DNA of 63,983 bases, the filler included, from Octopus bimaculoides (taxonomy: Eukaryota): the NCBI RefSeq assembly GCF_001194135.2. It is 7 parts of 7 records of this genome, joined end to end, with 100 filler letters (N's around TTAATTAATTAA, not from the genome) between each part and the next. Parts side by side here need not be neighbours in the genome. Positions count along the whole stretch, not along the records: positions 5,562 to 27,339 come from NC_068981.1; 6 more parts are not named here. The stretch is one strand, 5' to 3'. The notes beneath the pieces were generated by a model. That model was not told the DNA's origin and did no database searches. It saw only the letters and a list, made by a program, of their open reading frames with translations. This document shows, piece after piece, positions 11,201 to 22,875 of this stretch (position 1 is the first letter of the stretch; each line of letters starts with the position of its first letter). Position numbers and translations under genes: made by a program.

Positions 11201-14200
11201 AGAATTCAATTAAGAAAGAGATACTTATGTTGAACTGACCCAACGTTATATCCATGTAAATATAGTTATATAGAACTGAAGCAATGTATTTCGATAATTC
11301 AAACTAGATGCATTAAGTATGTCCCCCAGAGAAAAGCTACTGTTCAAAAATACCCTTCCAGAAATGGAAAAAAGTTCAGGAGATGAAATGCAAAATTCTC
11401 GAATTGATTAAATGAAGAAACCATTTACTGGAATAAAACCAAAACTGTAAATGCTACTCATAGAAATTCAGAATGAAATAAAATCTTCCCGTGAAATTAA
11501 GTGAACAGCAAAAGCAACCAAGAACGAAGAAAGCATAAAGTATAGCTTAAAACTGAGAAACGTGTTTGAAAAAGAAAGATTTCCAGTACATAACCAATTA
11601 ATGTCCGCTATTTGAAGAAATTCCTCAATGACTGCAGTCTCACAAAAGGTAATTGAAATACTAGAAGAATAGTTAGAAGGCGTATTTACAACCCTAGAGG
11701 TACACTTGCAAATAGTTGAAACAGAACGCGCCTTCAACAATGCAAATTTTTACAGCATTTTGCGTAATGAAGTGATGATAGATGTAGTATTCGGCATTAT
11801 AAAAATAGCCTTAAATGAGAAAGAGACCATTTTTCATGAACATTTTTTAAAACTAGAGCCAGACTACCTTACATACATTTCCTAATGTACATTGGCAAAA
11901 GAAAACACAGAGCAAATACTAAAATGTGCATATTTATAACTTTGATCAGATGTTCGCAAGACCGTGAAACAACTTATAAGAAGGAAACAGAATTCTCAGA
12001 GAGAATTTTAAAGGACAATGGATGATCATCTAAGTTAACCTCATCTCTTTGTTTCGTTTGTTTGTTTTGGGGGTTGTTTTTGTTTTAGATAATACGCTAT
12101 AGGTTACACAATTACCGCTATAGGTTACACAATAAGACGTTTGTCTTATTGTTTGTAATACCTGTTGTTAGCCTTGTTATCGATTAGAATAGTCTCTCTC
12201 ACTAAATATCCAGGGATTGGCAATAACAAAATTGCAAAGTGTTGTCTTCATATTAAAGCTGAGAAAAGAGCTTTTACCTGTATACATGTGAATTGATGAA
12301 AACTTTCAAACATCTATCTATCATATTCTTACCTGGATACGTCGAATTAGACTCGATTGCAATCCTAGAATGGAAATATGTACAAGAGATTGAAAATGAT
12401 AATGAGTAATGACGCATTAATGCATGAACATATTTCTAAATGGGAATAACACACAAATGACAGCCAAGAGATTATTCTATAACCGATAAGAGCAAAGATA
12501 CAATAAACCTGTTGGTTTTGTGGAATGCACTTGGTTGCCTCATAATGAAAAGGTCAGCACTGAGATATAATACAACAAATGTGCAGCAAAATGAACGCTT
12601 CTGTACATTGGTTAAATACTGGTTGATGCAAGAAGCTTAAAACACCTTTCTAGAAGCAACAATGAAAATATTAGTAGTACTTACTGCCTGTTCTTCAAAA
12701 GAATAGCACCAAATTTTGAAGTTGAAAGCTATACAGACACTAATTCCTATATGGGTGTTAAAGGTTCGGTTTCTCCAGCAGATGTTGTCTTCTTTATGGC
12801 AGTCGTCCTTCAGATTTAGATGTAAAGTAGACGTCAACACTTTCAACTAACACTTGACCATTCCACTGCGTGAGATTCAATGTAAATCGCCATCACAGAA
12901 AGAAAGTCGGTAGGAAGATACGAACTTCGGCATCTGTTAATACCAAACAAAAGACCGAGGCTGCACTATCATTGCAAGTGATTCTTTAACATGGTTACGC
13001 TCCTGGGAAAGCAATAAAAGGTACCATGTATGTGTGTGTTTTTATGTGTGTGTTTACGAATGCGTATGCACGGATATATATGTTTTGTATGCATATCAGT
13101 AATAGCGATGGAACGTCGAAATGCTGCAATATTTATTCTTGTCCATTCTCACTTAAATTCTGGACTGCTGAAAACCTTGTCTTTCATTTACTGGTAGAGG
13201 TGTCGATAAAATAAGTTCAAGTAATTATACTACGGCTGATTCAATAGTCTATACTCCTCGCAGCCAAAAGTGTGATCATAGGAATCAACGTGTCTTTGAT
13301 TCAGTAACTACGATACGACAAATATTTTTATGAAAAAATTCTCATAACCTATAATTGATATTTATGACTGACATTTTTTTTTTTTTTTTTTTGCCAACAG
13401 CCCACCACAGAAAGTTTATTGCTCAAATATTAATAGCGTAACATCAATAGTTTATTACATTTTTTTTCTTTTGATTTCCTTTCGTTTTATTAATGCATAT
13501 AGCAGTAGAAAAATCTGATTTGTATCACGATATGAGAGTTTTTCCTCTGGTCAAACTACGCAATTAACACTTGACATCTACTTGTTTTCAAAATATTTAT
13601 AAAGAAATACATGCACTTGTTCATACATGTGTGCATGCATATGTGTGTGCTTGTGTGTGTATGTAGGTGTGCGTGCGTACGTATGGTCGTGTGTAGGTAT
13701 GTGTTTCAGAAAATATCATGCAATTTAACATCTGCCCTGAGTTCAATTGTCTGATAAAAAATATTTTTTGCTAAATTCTGTCCTGAGAGTTTTATTAAAT
13801 CTGCTTAACAACAACACAAACATTTTAATAGACTAATTAATAGAACCAATTTTCTAGCCAATGTTAATTAAAAGTAAATTGCGCAGAACACTATCAACAT
13901 TTGTTCAAGTGTTTTCATGGCTTTTAAATTTCTGTAGAATTTTAGTTTTCTTCATCAATAATGTGTTGATGCTGTTGTTGACGTTGTTGTTGTTCTTGTC
14001 AGAACAAGTGTTGGCTTTATGTTTTCGTCTAGATTACATTGTAGACAAAAGAAACAGAGTAAAAAAAAAATCTTTGTTCAGGTCCTGTTTTCAAAACAAT
14101 AAACGAAGAGTTTTTTCATCGATTAACTTTTGTTTCAACTAATTAAACAAGCCGTCTAGTTTAATGCAAATAACCGAGTGTATTCTATTGGGAATGGTTA

Positions 14201-14438
14201 ATGTTGTTAGAATTGTTTCCTTTGTTGCTGTTATTCCTGTTAGTATTACTATTACTGGGATTTCATTCCCAATTTTTTTTTTATTTAACATTTTGTCATT
14301 TCATTATTTTTTGCTAGTTTTTTTGATACAGTTACTGTTTAATTGAACTTAATAATATAAAGAGCTGCACATGTGTCCCTCTTCCAGTTATTTTCGATAT
14401 AATACACACATAACTATATCGGATATTTGTTTATTTAC

Positions 14439-14501
<63 letters not shown>

Positions 14502-14503
14502 CA

Positions 14504-14580
<77 letters not shown>
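14439..14580. repeat. (ATT)n trinucleotide microsatellite, about 47 units
   Basis: Direct inspection; source of the poly-I and poly-Y ORFs in the track. Confidence 0.98.
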
Positions 14581-14768
14581 GCTGTTGTTGTTGTCGTTGT
14601 TTTTGTTTCTTTGGTTTCACAGGCATTTTTTTTTTAAAGATAGGCTAATTAAATATATTCTTATTCGATATAAAAACAATGAAAAATATTAAAATACGAA
14701 GAACTTTTCTCTGAGAAATGTTACGTCACTGAACTAAATAAATAAATTCAGAGTTGAAATCACGCTTA

Positions 14769-14811
<43 letters not shown>

Positions 14812-15384
14812 GATAGTGCGAGGATTTCAATCTGCCATGGTCTCTAAACTAAATACTTGTCGACGCAATCTATAAAAATATTTTCTCCACATACTAAAAG
14901 AAACTACCAAATATCCCTTAAATCACCTCGCATCTCAGGTAGGTTGTAGCCTGAGCAGAATTTGGCTTCTCTTTCTAGTAGGTCGATCGATTACGTAAAG
15001 ACTCCCTGTTTACTTTGTGAAATCACGTTGCTTGTTGTTTAATCATGGTTTAATCATGATCGCCTGGACCTGTCTTGTAAAGACGTACCAACTGTCAACG
15101 CCCCATAATTTTTAATGTATACCAGTGACTGCATTCTTGAAGGTATCCGTGTATCCTTCTATATTTAAGAACGTTGGACGTGATCAATGAACGTTTGGTG
15201 CTCTTTATGTAGATGGGGCCACCGTTAAGATACTTCTTTGCATACTCTTGATAACAGAGATACTTACAAGCACATATAGAACTTAGAATTTTGAAATGAT
15301 GTGATTTCTTCTTGGGGGGTAAGATCGGTATTTTACTAACAGACAAGGGAGAGAGAATGTGTATGCATGTGTGTGTGTACGTAT

Positions 15385-15446
<62 letters not shown>

Positions 15447-15834
15447 GTGTGTGCCTGTGAATGAGATAAACAGAGTGTAAAACGGCAATGTTGACCGAAG
15501 GCATTAAGAGAGCTGCTATGAAAAAACACAAGAAGTAGACATCGCTCAATGCAACATCAATATGTGATGCAAATGAGTATAAAGCACATCAATAGATCAA
15601 TAGAAATGTTTCTTTTGATTTTTCACAAGTAACTAAACAACGAATCACAGAGAACCTCTCCATAGTTGCATGATCTGCTAGAAATAGTAGCTATATCTTT
15701 CTCAAAGCACACTAACACTTTTGCCCGAAGAACGTGAAGGACAAAATGAATAACGTGATCCTGAAGACGCTTACATTCGAGAAAGTATAGAGTGGCCACC
15801 TCTGGATCCCCATTCATGATATATCCCCTATGGA

Positions 15835-16122
15835 CTTGGTAGACGGAAACGTAAAGAAGCCCGTCGGATATAAATATGTTTATATCTATGTATGTATCTT
15901 TGTGTGTGTCTTTGTCTCCCGCATCCCCACTTGGCATCCAGTGTTGGTGCGTTTACGTGCCCCATGATCTAGCGGTTCAGCAAAGAGACTGATACAGTAA
16001 GTACTAGGCTTACGAAATAAGTACATGGGTCGATTTGTTCGACTGAAACCTATCAAGGTAGTGTTCCAGTATGGCCGCAGTTAAATGACTGAAACAAGTA
16101 AAATAATAAAAGAATAAAAGAA
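15835..16122 (+). mobile_element. SINE family A, 5'-truncated/degenerate
   Basis: ggtagacggaaacgtaaagaagcccgtcg ... gatttgttcgact ... atggccgcagttaaatgactgaaacaagtaaaa. Confidence 0.85.
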
Positions 16123-16530
16123 TGTCAATGTTGACCTAGGTTTAAACAAAAACAACAACAACAACAAATAAAAAATGTGTAAGTCTTTCACTGCTTATCA
16201 AAGAAGAATCTACCACCTGGTTGAAATTAAGGCCACTCCTCGACTCTCGAACGAAATATGTTGGTATGCATTTTAGTCCTTCCTAGTTTGATGCTTTAAC
16301 ATCTGCTAGCATTGTCGTGGCACCGCTGTGAACAGTGTGCTCTAACCATTTAAACCTGGCGGAACTCATCTCATTTCAGTTCGAACACAGTCGAGTTTTT
16401 TCTAGGAGAAGGAGACAAAATGAGCTAAAGAAAAAAAAAAGGTGAAAAAGAGACAGACTCAAAAACTGACAGACAAAGAAAAATTAATCCTCGTACTGAA
16501 CTGTTTGTTATTTATCCACTCTGAAATGGT

Positions 16531-16925
16531 GGAGGCGCAATTGCCCAGTGATTAGGGCAGCGGACTCGCGGTCATATGATCGTGGTTTCGATTCCCAGAC
16601 CGGGCGTTATGACTGTTTTTTGAGCGAAAACACCTAAAGTTCCCCGAGGCTCCGGCAGGGGATAGTGGCGAACCCTGCTGTACTCTTTCACCACAACTTT
16701 CTCTCACTCTTACTTCCTGTTTCTGTTGTACCTGTAACTCAAAGGGTCAGCCTTGTCACACTGTGTCACGTTGAATATCCCCGAGAACTACGTTAAGAGT
16801 ACATGTGTCTGTGCAGTGCTCAGCCAGTTGCACGCTAATTTCACGAGCAGGATGTTCCATTGATCGGATCAACTGGAACCCTCGACGTCGTAAGCGACGG
16901 AGTGCCAACAAACAAAAACAAAAAC
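16531..16925 (+). mobile_element. tRNA-derived SINE family B, full length
   Basis: ggaggcgcaattgcccagtgattagggcagcggactcg head; ends agtgccaacaaac. Confidence 0.92.
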
Positions 16926-18295
16926 TCTGAAATGATGGCAGTGAAGTTAACCTCAGTGGGAGTTGAACACAAAGTACATGGAATAAATACTGCATGAAAT
17001 TTGTATCCAACTCTAACATCCTTATCAATTAGTCACCTATTAACATTATACGTCAGCCAAGTTTGAAGGAGTATACTATTCTGGAGGCTTACTAACAAAT
17101 GCTAGTAATCTAAGACTTGCGGTGAAGCTGTAAAGTGCATTAAAAGTTGTTTTTTTTTTTTAAAGCAGTGTGTAATCAGTAAAACTTTATATTCATTCCA
17201 CGTCTTTTCTCAAATGGTTTTAATTACAGGAAGAAGGACAGCGACTCATATCCCATTTGAATGGGTATTGTCTCAGGAATCTATAGTGAAGATAGTTTCG
17301 TTAAAACAGGCGACTGATTAGGTCTATTTCCTAATTAGTAGAAGAGTCTTTCAAACGCATTTTCGTAGTTTCCCCACCGCTAAATTTTACTCAAAGTTTT
17401 ATGAAAAAACACTTAGAATTTAGCTATATGGTGTAATACTCAGCGCAAATAACCACAGAGTGGAATCGAACCCAGAAGCATGTAAATTCCGAATAAACTT
17501 CTGAACCATGTGTTTGAACGTGCCCTTGCCCGGTTACAATTTTATTTATGAATGGGAGATATTCAGATATAGCGGATCGATATGTCAGTCAGTACTCGAT
17601 ATGTATTTAGTAATAATAAGGGCTTCAAGAAAAAATTCATACCACTGTCATTGAAATTAAGTGATACATTTTTGCAATTTTTTCAATAAATTTGAAAATG
17701 ACTAGACATGTTAATTATGAGCTAACATGCCAATTCTAAAATTTGTATTGAAAAAGCTGTTAAAGTAGTAAAAGGTCATGATAATCAGTGGTCTCTACGG
17801 AGTTCAAATTAAAATTCCTGTGACTTTTGGCCTCAGAGTTTTAAAAAGCCAACGTCTTTATATTTCCATTAAAATAAAAAAATGAATGGAAGTGTTTTAT
17901 TTTAAATTCAATTAGTCATACACCCATTGAAGCATCTTTTATTCTTATTGAATAGATTTAAAATCCCAAATATTTCAAAAGGAATGAACAAACGATGGGG
18001 AGCAGGCATCGTATTCATGCTTAATCTAATATAATATCATACTCATGTTAATATAAATAATAATACTATAAACTACTTTAATAAGATTAATATCATCTTT
18101 TTCAATATCAATTTTTCTTCTGAAATATTTCTATAATTGCATTGTTTACTAATTCACTTAAATAAACGTACATAGTATATTTTTATTAACTTAATTCCTC
18201 AACTCCTTATGTATGGGTAAGTATATATCTATCAATCTAAGCGTGTGTGTGAAAGTATGTACGCATACAGATAAGCTTATACGTAATGCACATAC

Positions 18296-18680
18296 GGAGG
18301 TGCAATGGCCCAGCGGTTAGGGCAGCGGACTCGCGATCATAGGATCGCGGTTTCGATTCTCAGACCGGGCGTTGTGAGTGTTTATTGAGCGAAAACACCT
18401 AAAGCTCCACGAGCCTCCTGCAGGGGATAGTGGCGAACCCTGCTGTACTCTTTCACCATAACTTTCTCTCACTCTTACTTCCTGTTTCTGTTGGGCCTGT
18501 AATTCAAAAGGCCAGCCTTGTCATACTGTGTCACGCTGAATATCCCCGAGAACTACGTTAAGGGTACATGTGTCTGTGGAGTGTTCAGCCACTTGCACGT
18601 TAATTTCACGAACAGGCTGTTCCATTGATCGGATCAACAGGAACCCTGGACGTCGTAAGCGACGGAGTGCCGACAACAAA
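18296..18680 (+). mobile_element. tRNA-derived SINE family B, full length
   Basis: Same as above. Confidence 0.92.
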
Positions 18681-19019
18681 TGCACATACACACGCATATA
18701 TAATTATGCATGTGTATATAAATATATATGCATGTACACACACATACACACAGAGAAACACACAAACACAGGTATATAAGCGAGTGAATATGTATATATG
18801 TGTGTACGAGTGTGTATGGATTTTCAAGTGTAACTATTGGTATATATTAATCTATTCATTTAGTAGAATTTATTCATTAGTTCAAGTCTGACGATTCATC
18901 CGACACCACATGCAAATTATCCGCTGTCATGAAACAACTTATGTGAACTTGGAGAATCATTACGCTCAAGGAATATTTGTGTGTGTGTGACCGCATATGC
19001 ATATATATACTGTATAAAG

Positions 19020-19585
19020 GGTCGTGGGTAAGGCCAGAACAATGCGAAGTAAAAGCAAGGCAAATCACAAGAAAACAAATATGTGAATTAATGGTGACTT
19101 ACCTTGCATTCAATATTTCGGAGTTATGACCCCATACTCAGGAAATTAACGAATGTTGCAGATGTAAGTATGTGTGAGTGTGAGTGGAGTGGACATGCAC
19201 GGAAAGTTGTTGTTATAGCAACCAGCTAACTTCCTCTAACTCTCTTCTGTTGTTGATGGTTCGTTTCCTTTGGTGTATGAGGATGACCTCGGAGATTCTA
19301 ACCTTGGAACCTTAGAATCTCCGAGGCCATCCTCATATACCAAAGGAAACCAACCATCAACAACAGGAGAGAGTTAGAGGAAGGTAGATGGTCGCTTTAG
19401 CAACACCTTTCTGTGCATTTCCCCTCCACACACACTTACACACACGCACATCTGCAACATTCGTTAATTTCTTGAGGATGGGGTCATAACCCCGAAATAT
19501 TGAATGCAAAGTAAGTCTCTATTAATTGTTTTCTTGTGATTTGCTTTGCTTTTACTTCGCATTGTTCTGGCCTTACCCACGATCC
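19020..19585. mobile_element. Palindrome of two inverted Penelope-like element 3' ends (GIY-YIG C-terminus plus HHR-like tail)
   Basis: Arms 19020-19301 and 19312-19585 are reverse complements (roughly 90% by eye) around a 10-nt loop ccttggaacc; the right arm encodes LRISEAILIYQRKPTINNRRE, typical of the PLE endonuclease end. Confidence 0.85.
19466..19505 (+). ncRNA. Degenerate minimal hammerhead ribozyme motif (C3>U)
   Basis: attTC-TTGAGGA-T-GGGGT/CATA/ACCCC-GAAA-TA-T-T-GAAT; mirror copy on minus at 19108-19146 has CTGAGTA. Confidence 0.55.
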
Positions 19586-19739
19586 ATCAAATCATTTGAG
19601 GAGAAATATTTTAGAGAATAGATAAAGAATAAAAATGATTATTTTTGAGTGAAAGATCCTGAGTGTTAAATGAAAGTTAGTGGATTGACGAAAGGCCACT
19701 ATTTTCGATTTTATAGTTCATCATCAACAACTACCTGAG

Positions 19740-20930
19740 AAGTGAAGAACATCGAAGATTGTTTGGTGGTTATTCGCATCATCTCTTATACAGCTTAGTA
19801 CAGGAACTGAGTTCATTGTGAATTTCTCTTATACTTTTTATGCTATATTCAGGATTAGAGTACAAAAACTTGTGAACTTTCCTCTATAAATATCAAATAT
19901 TTAAGAATATTCTTTGCAGTCAATGTAGGTGAAATATTTGGAAATTCTATATTCTCGTCTGTAGTCTCAGTTCCTGCTTTTTGCAACAGTATTGGATCTC
20001 TGTCAGATATTTCTTTATAGAAAACTAACCGTTCAACCACATCATCCTATCTGACTTCTACAAACCCTAAATCATTTTTAATTGTCACTATATTTTTCCG
20101 AATTTGATGTATACATTCTCCTTTTGGAATCACGGATACAATCTGACCATTTATTTTCCAGGCACCATATAGTTTTTAGGGTATGACTCAACATTATTAC
20201 GCCCAACAACCATTATGCTGAACTTCTTCCAGAAGTTTCTAATTGTAGGTTTATCATACCTGTCAATGGCTTCCGTAAGTAGTTTCAGAGTTCTTTTCAG
20301 ATAATATGCCTTGAAGTCAACTGTCACACATTGACTCAATGACGAGCAAAGAAATATTCTAGAGGCTATATTTTATTCTCACATTATCGGAAAGCTTACT
20401 TAAGTTCACTCGGTGGTTTGTCGTTTTGTCTTAAAGGAGCAAAGCTTTGTTCGGAATGTGTACTATATTTTACTACATCAGGATTAAAAAAAGTGTTTCT
20501 TTGAAAGAGTCTTGGAAAAGGTTCCAAGTCACCCATGACTTCTTATATCAAAAACAAATTGAAATTTGTGTAACCAGAAAAATTCGTTGGATTTTTGGAG
20601 TGATGCACGAACAGGGGCTTTAATTTGATGTAACACAGGCGGCATCACCTCTCAGAAGACGTGTTAAACGATTTTTGGAAGCTTTAAATATGATTGTTGA
20701 TTTTTCTTCTCCTGAAATAAATTATAGCAGGCATGAGCCTCTAGAAAAGAGCAATTTAATCAACTTGGTGTTCTTGCTCATGTGATTAACTCCCTCCAGC
20801 AATCTCCTCGGGATACTTAGTAAGAATCTCTGTATCAGCATTGCCAGTTGCTCCAATCTTTTCTATGTGTACACTCAAGTGCTTCTTAAACCATTTCAAC
20901 TTCATTTTCCTGAAAATCATCTCATAAACA
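19740..20930 (-). mobile_element. Tigger/pogo transposase remnant (DDE and C-terminal part), decayed
   Basis: Minus-strand peptides KWFKKHL..., FKASKNRLTRLL..., KPLFVHHSKNP, DFKAYYLKRTLKLL..IRNFWKKFSI resemble Tigger1/TIGD; stops and frameshifts present. Confidence 0.85.
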
Positions 20931-20949
20931 TTTGGTTAAATTCTAAGTA

Positions 20950-21480
20950 CCATTGTACTTATCGGGAGATTTCAACTGCACTGACTCGTGATCCACCCAA
21001 CCAAAAACCTTATTATTTTATGTATCTATAAAAAAAAAAAGTTTCGAGATCCATGAAAAATAATATTCGAACAGTTAATAGAATAAGTTCCTTCCTGGTA
21101 TTATTTCTTTTGCTGTATATTTTTTGTGGATTGTTGTTGATCATAAATGTTGTTGGATCTACCTACATTTCAAAATGTCAGGAGAGAAGTCATCAGTTGG
21201 AACAGAAAGCAATAGATCGTAGAGGAAAGGCAAATGGATTAAGCTGGGTATTAAACTTGATGGTTTTAAAAGGCTTGAAATGGAAGAAAGATTAATCTGA
21301 TTGCCAAATCATTAAAGTTTTCAGTGTCTACGTAACAAAAGAGAGAACAAAGTGGGAACAAAATATTCTCGTCCAATTCCTATAAATGCCAGATTGAAAA
21401 GATGAAAAAAAGTTGTAGTGTGTTGGTAGGAAATACTCTATAATTTCAATTAGTGGAATGGTTACGAGATTCATTGACAC
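20950..21480 (+). mobile_element. Tigger/pogo 5' end and N-terminal HTH remnant, opposite orientation to the DDE part
   Basis: MSGEKSS..RKGKWIKLGIKLDGFKRLE-NGRKINLIAKSLKFSVST..QIEKMKK resembles the Tigger psq-HTH/CENPB region. Confidence 0.65.
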
Positions 21481-21642
21481 TTCGCCCTTGCAACTCTGTC
21501 TTAGACAATATAATCTTCATAATCTACTAGCACACACGAACACACTGTTGCGTTCACATACAACATATATAGCTACAGGCATTGATATGAACCTGATCCT
21601 ATAATTGTTGTTGTCAGATGGTTCTTCAAAACTTATTGGGTT

Positions 21643-21752
21643 GGTAGTAGTAGTAGTAGTAATAGTAGTGGTGGTGATGGTGGTGGTGGTGGTGGTGGTG
21701 GTGGTGGTGGTGGTGGTGGTGGTAGTGATGGTAGTAGTGGAGGTCGTCGTCG
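21643..21752. repeat. (AGT)n/(GGT)n trinucleotide microsatellite
   Basis: Direct inspection. Confidence 0.95.
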
Positions 21753-22061
21753 TATTGGTTTGGGTACTGGTGGACTAACTTTTCTCGCTAATTGCATTGT
21801 TGCTGTTTAATCTCAAGTTGATCCTCATTAATCTAAGATCAAAGATATTTCATTCAAAGTTTAAAGTAAGCTAGAGGACCATATTATCTCGTATTTATTT
21901 TGTTTAATTTTTAAATGGAATTGCTTTTTCTAGCTTATATTATTGTTGTTGTTGTTGTGAGTGATGAAAAAGTTGATATGTTGGTAAAGGCAACGTTTGA
22001 ATTGGCTCATGTATTGATGATGATAAATGGTGTAGGCGAAAGTTGATTTGTGTGTGTGAAG

Positions 22062-22397
22062 GTCATATATGTGTGGTTAGAGTATCGGGCCCACAATCAT
22101 GAGATAATGAGTTCGATTCCTGGACAAGGCTGTGCGTTGTGTTCTTGAGCAAAACACTTTATTTCACGTTGTTCCAGTTCACTCAGCTGTAGAAAATAGT
22201 TGCGACGTCACTGGTGCCAAGCTGTATCAGCCTTTGCCTTTCCCTTGGATACCATTGGTGGCATGAAGAGAGGAAGCTGGTATGCATGGGCGACTGCTGA
22301 TCTTCCATAAACAACCCTGCCCGGACTTGTTCCTCAGAGAGTAACTTTCTAGATGCAATCACATGGTTATTCGTGACCGAAGGAGGTCTTTACCCTA
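22062..22397 (+). mobile_element. tRNA-derived SINE family D
   Basis: A-box gtggttagagt, B-box gagttcgattcc, then cttgagcaaaacactttatttcacgttgttccagttcactcagctgtag central domain. Confidence 0.8.
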
Positions 22398-22404
22398 CAC
22401 TTTA

Positions 22405-22436
<32 letters not shown>

Positions 22437-22800
22437 NNNNNNNNNNNNNNNNNNNNNNNNNNNNNNNNNNNNNNNNNNNNNNNNNNNNNNNNNNNNNNNN
22501 NNNNNNNNNNNNNNNNNNNNNNNNNNNNNNNNNNNNNNNNNNNNNNNNNNNNNNNNNNNNNNNNNNNNNNNNNNNNNNNNNNNNNNNNNNNNNNNNNNNN
22601 NNNNNNNNNNNNNNNNNNNNNNNNNNNNNNNNNNNNNNNNNNNNNNNNNNNNNNNNNNNNNNNNNNNNNNNNNNNNNNNNNNNNNNNNNNNNNNNNNNNN
22701 NNNNNNNNNNNNNNNNNNNNNNNNGTGTGTGTGTGTGTGTGTGTGTATGTGTGTGTGTGTGTGTGTGTGTATGTATATATATATACATAGAGAGAGAGAC

Positions 22801-22874
<74 letters not shown>
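22801..22874. repeat. (GATA)n tetranucleotide microsatellite
   Basis: Direct inspection. Confidence 0.97.

Positions 22875-22875
<1 letters not shown>

Noticed and set aside
11500-11885. Protein-like plus-strand frame (LEGVFTTLEVHLQIVETERAF...)
   Set aside because: Interrupted by in-frame stops and no family recognised; cannot support a pseudogene call
16531-16605. tRNA-like sequences here and at 4355-4427, 18296, 22062, 54340 and 57060
   Set aside because: A/B boxes are present, but there is no complete cloverleaf and each continues into a SINE or PLE body; not tRNA genes
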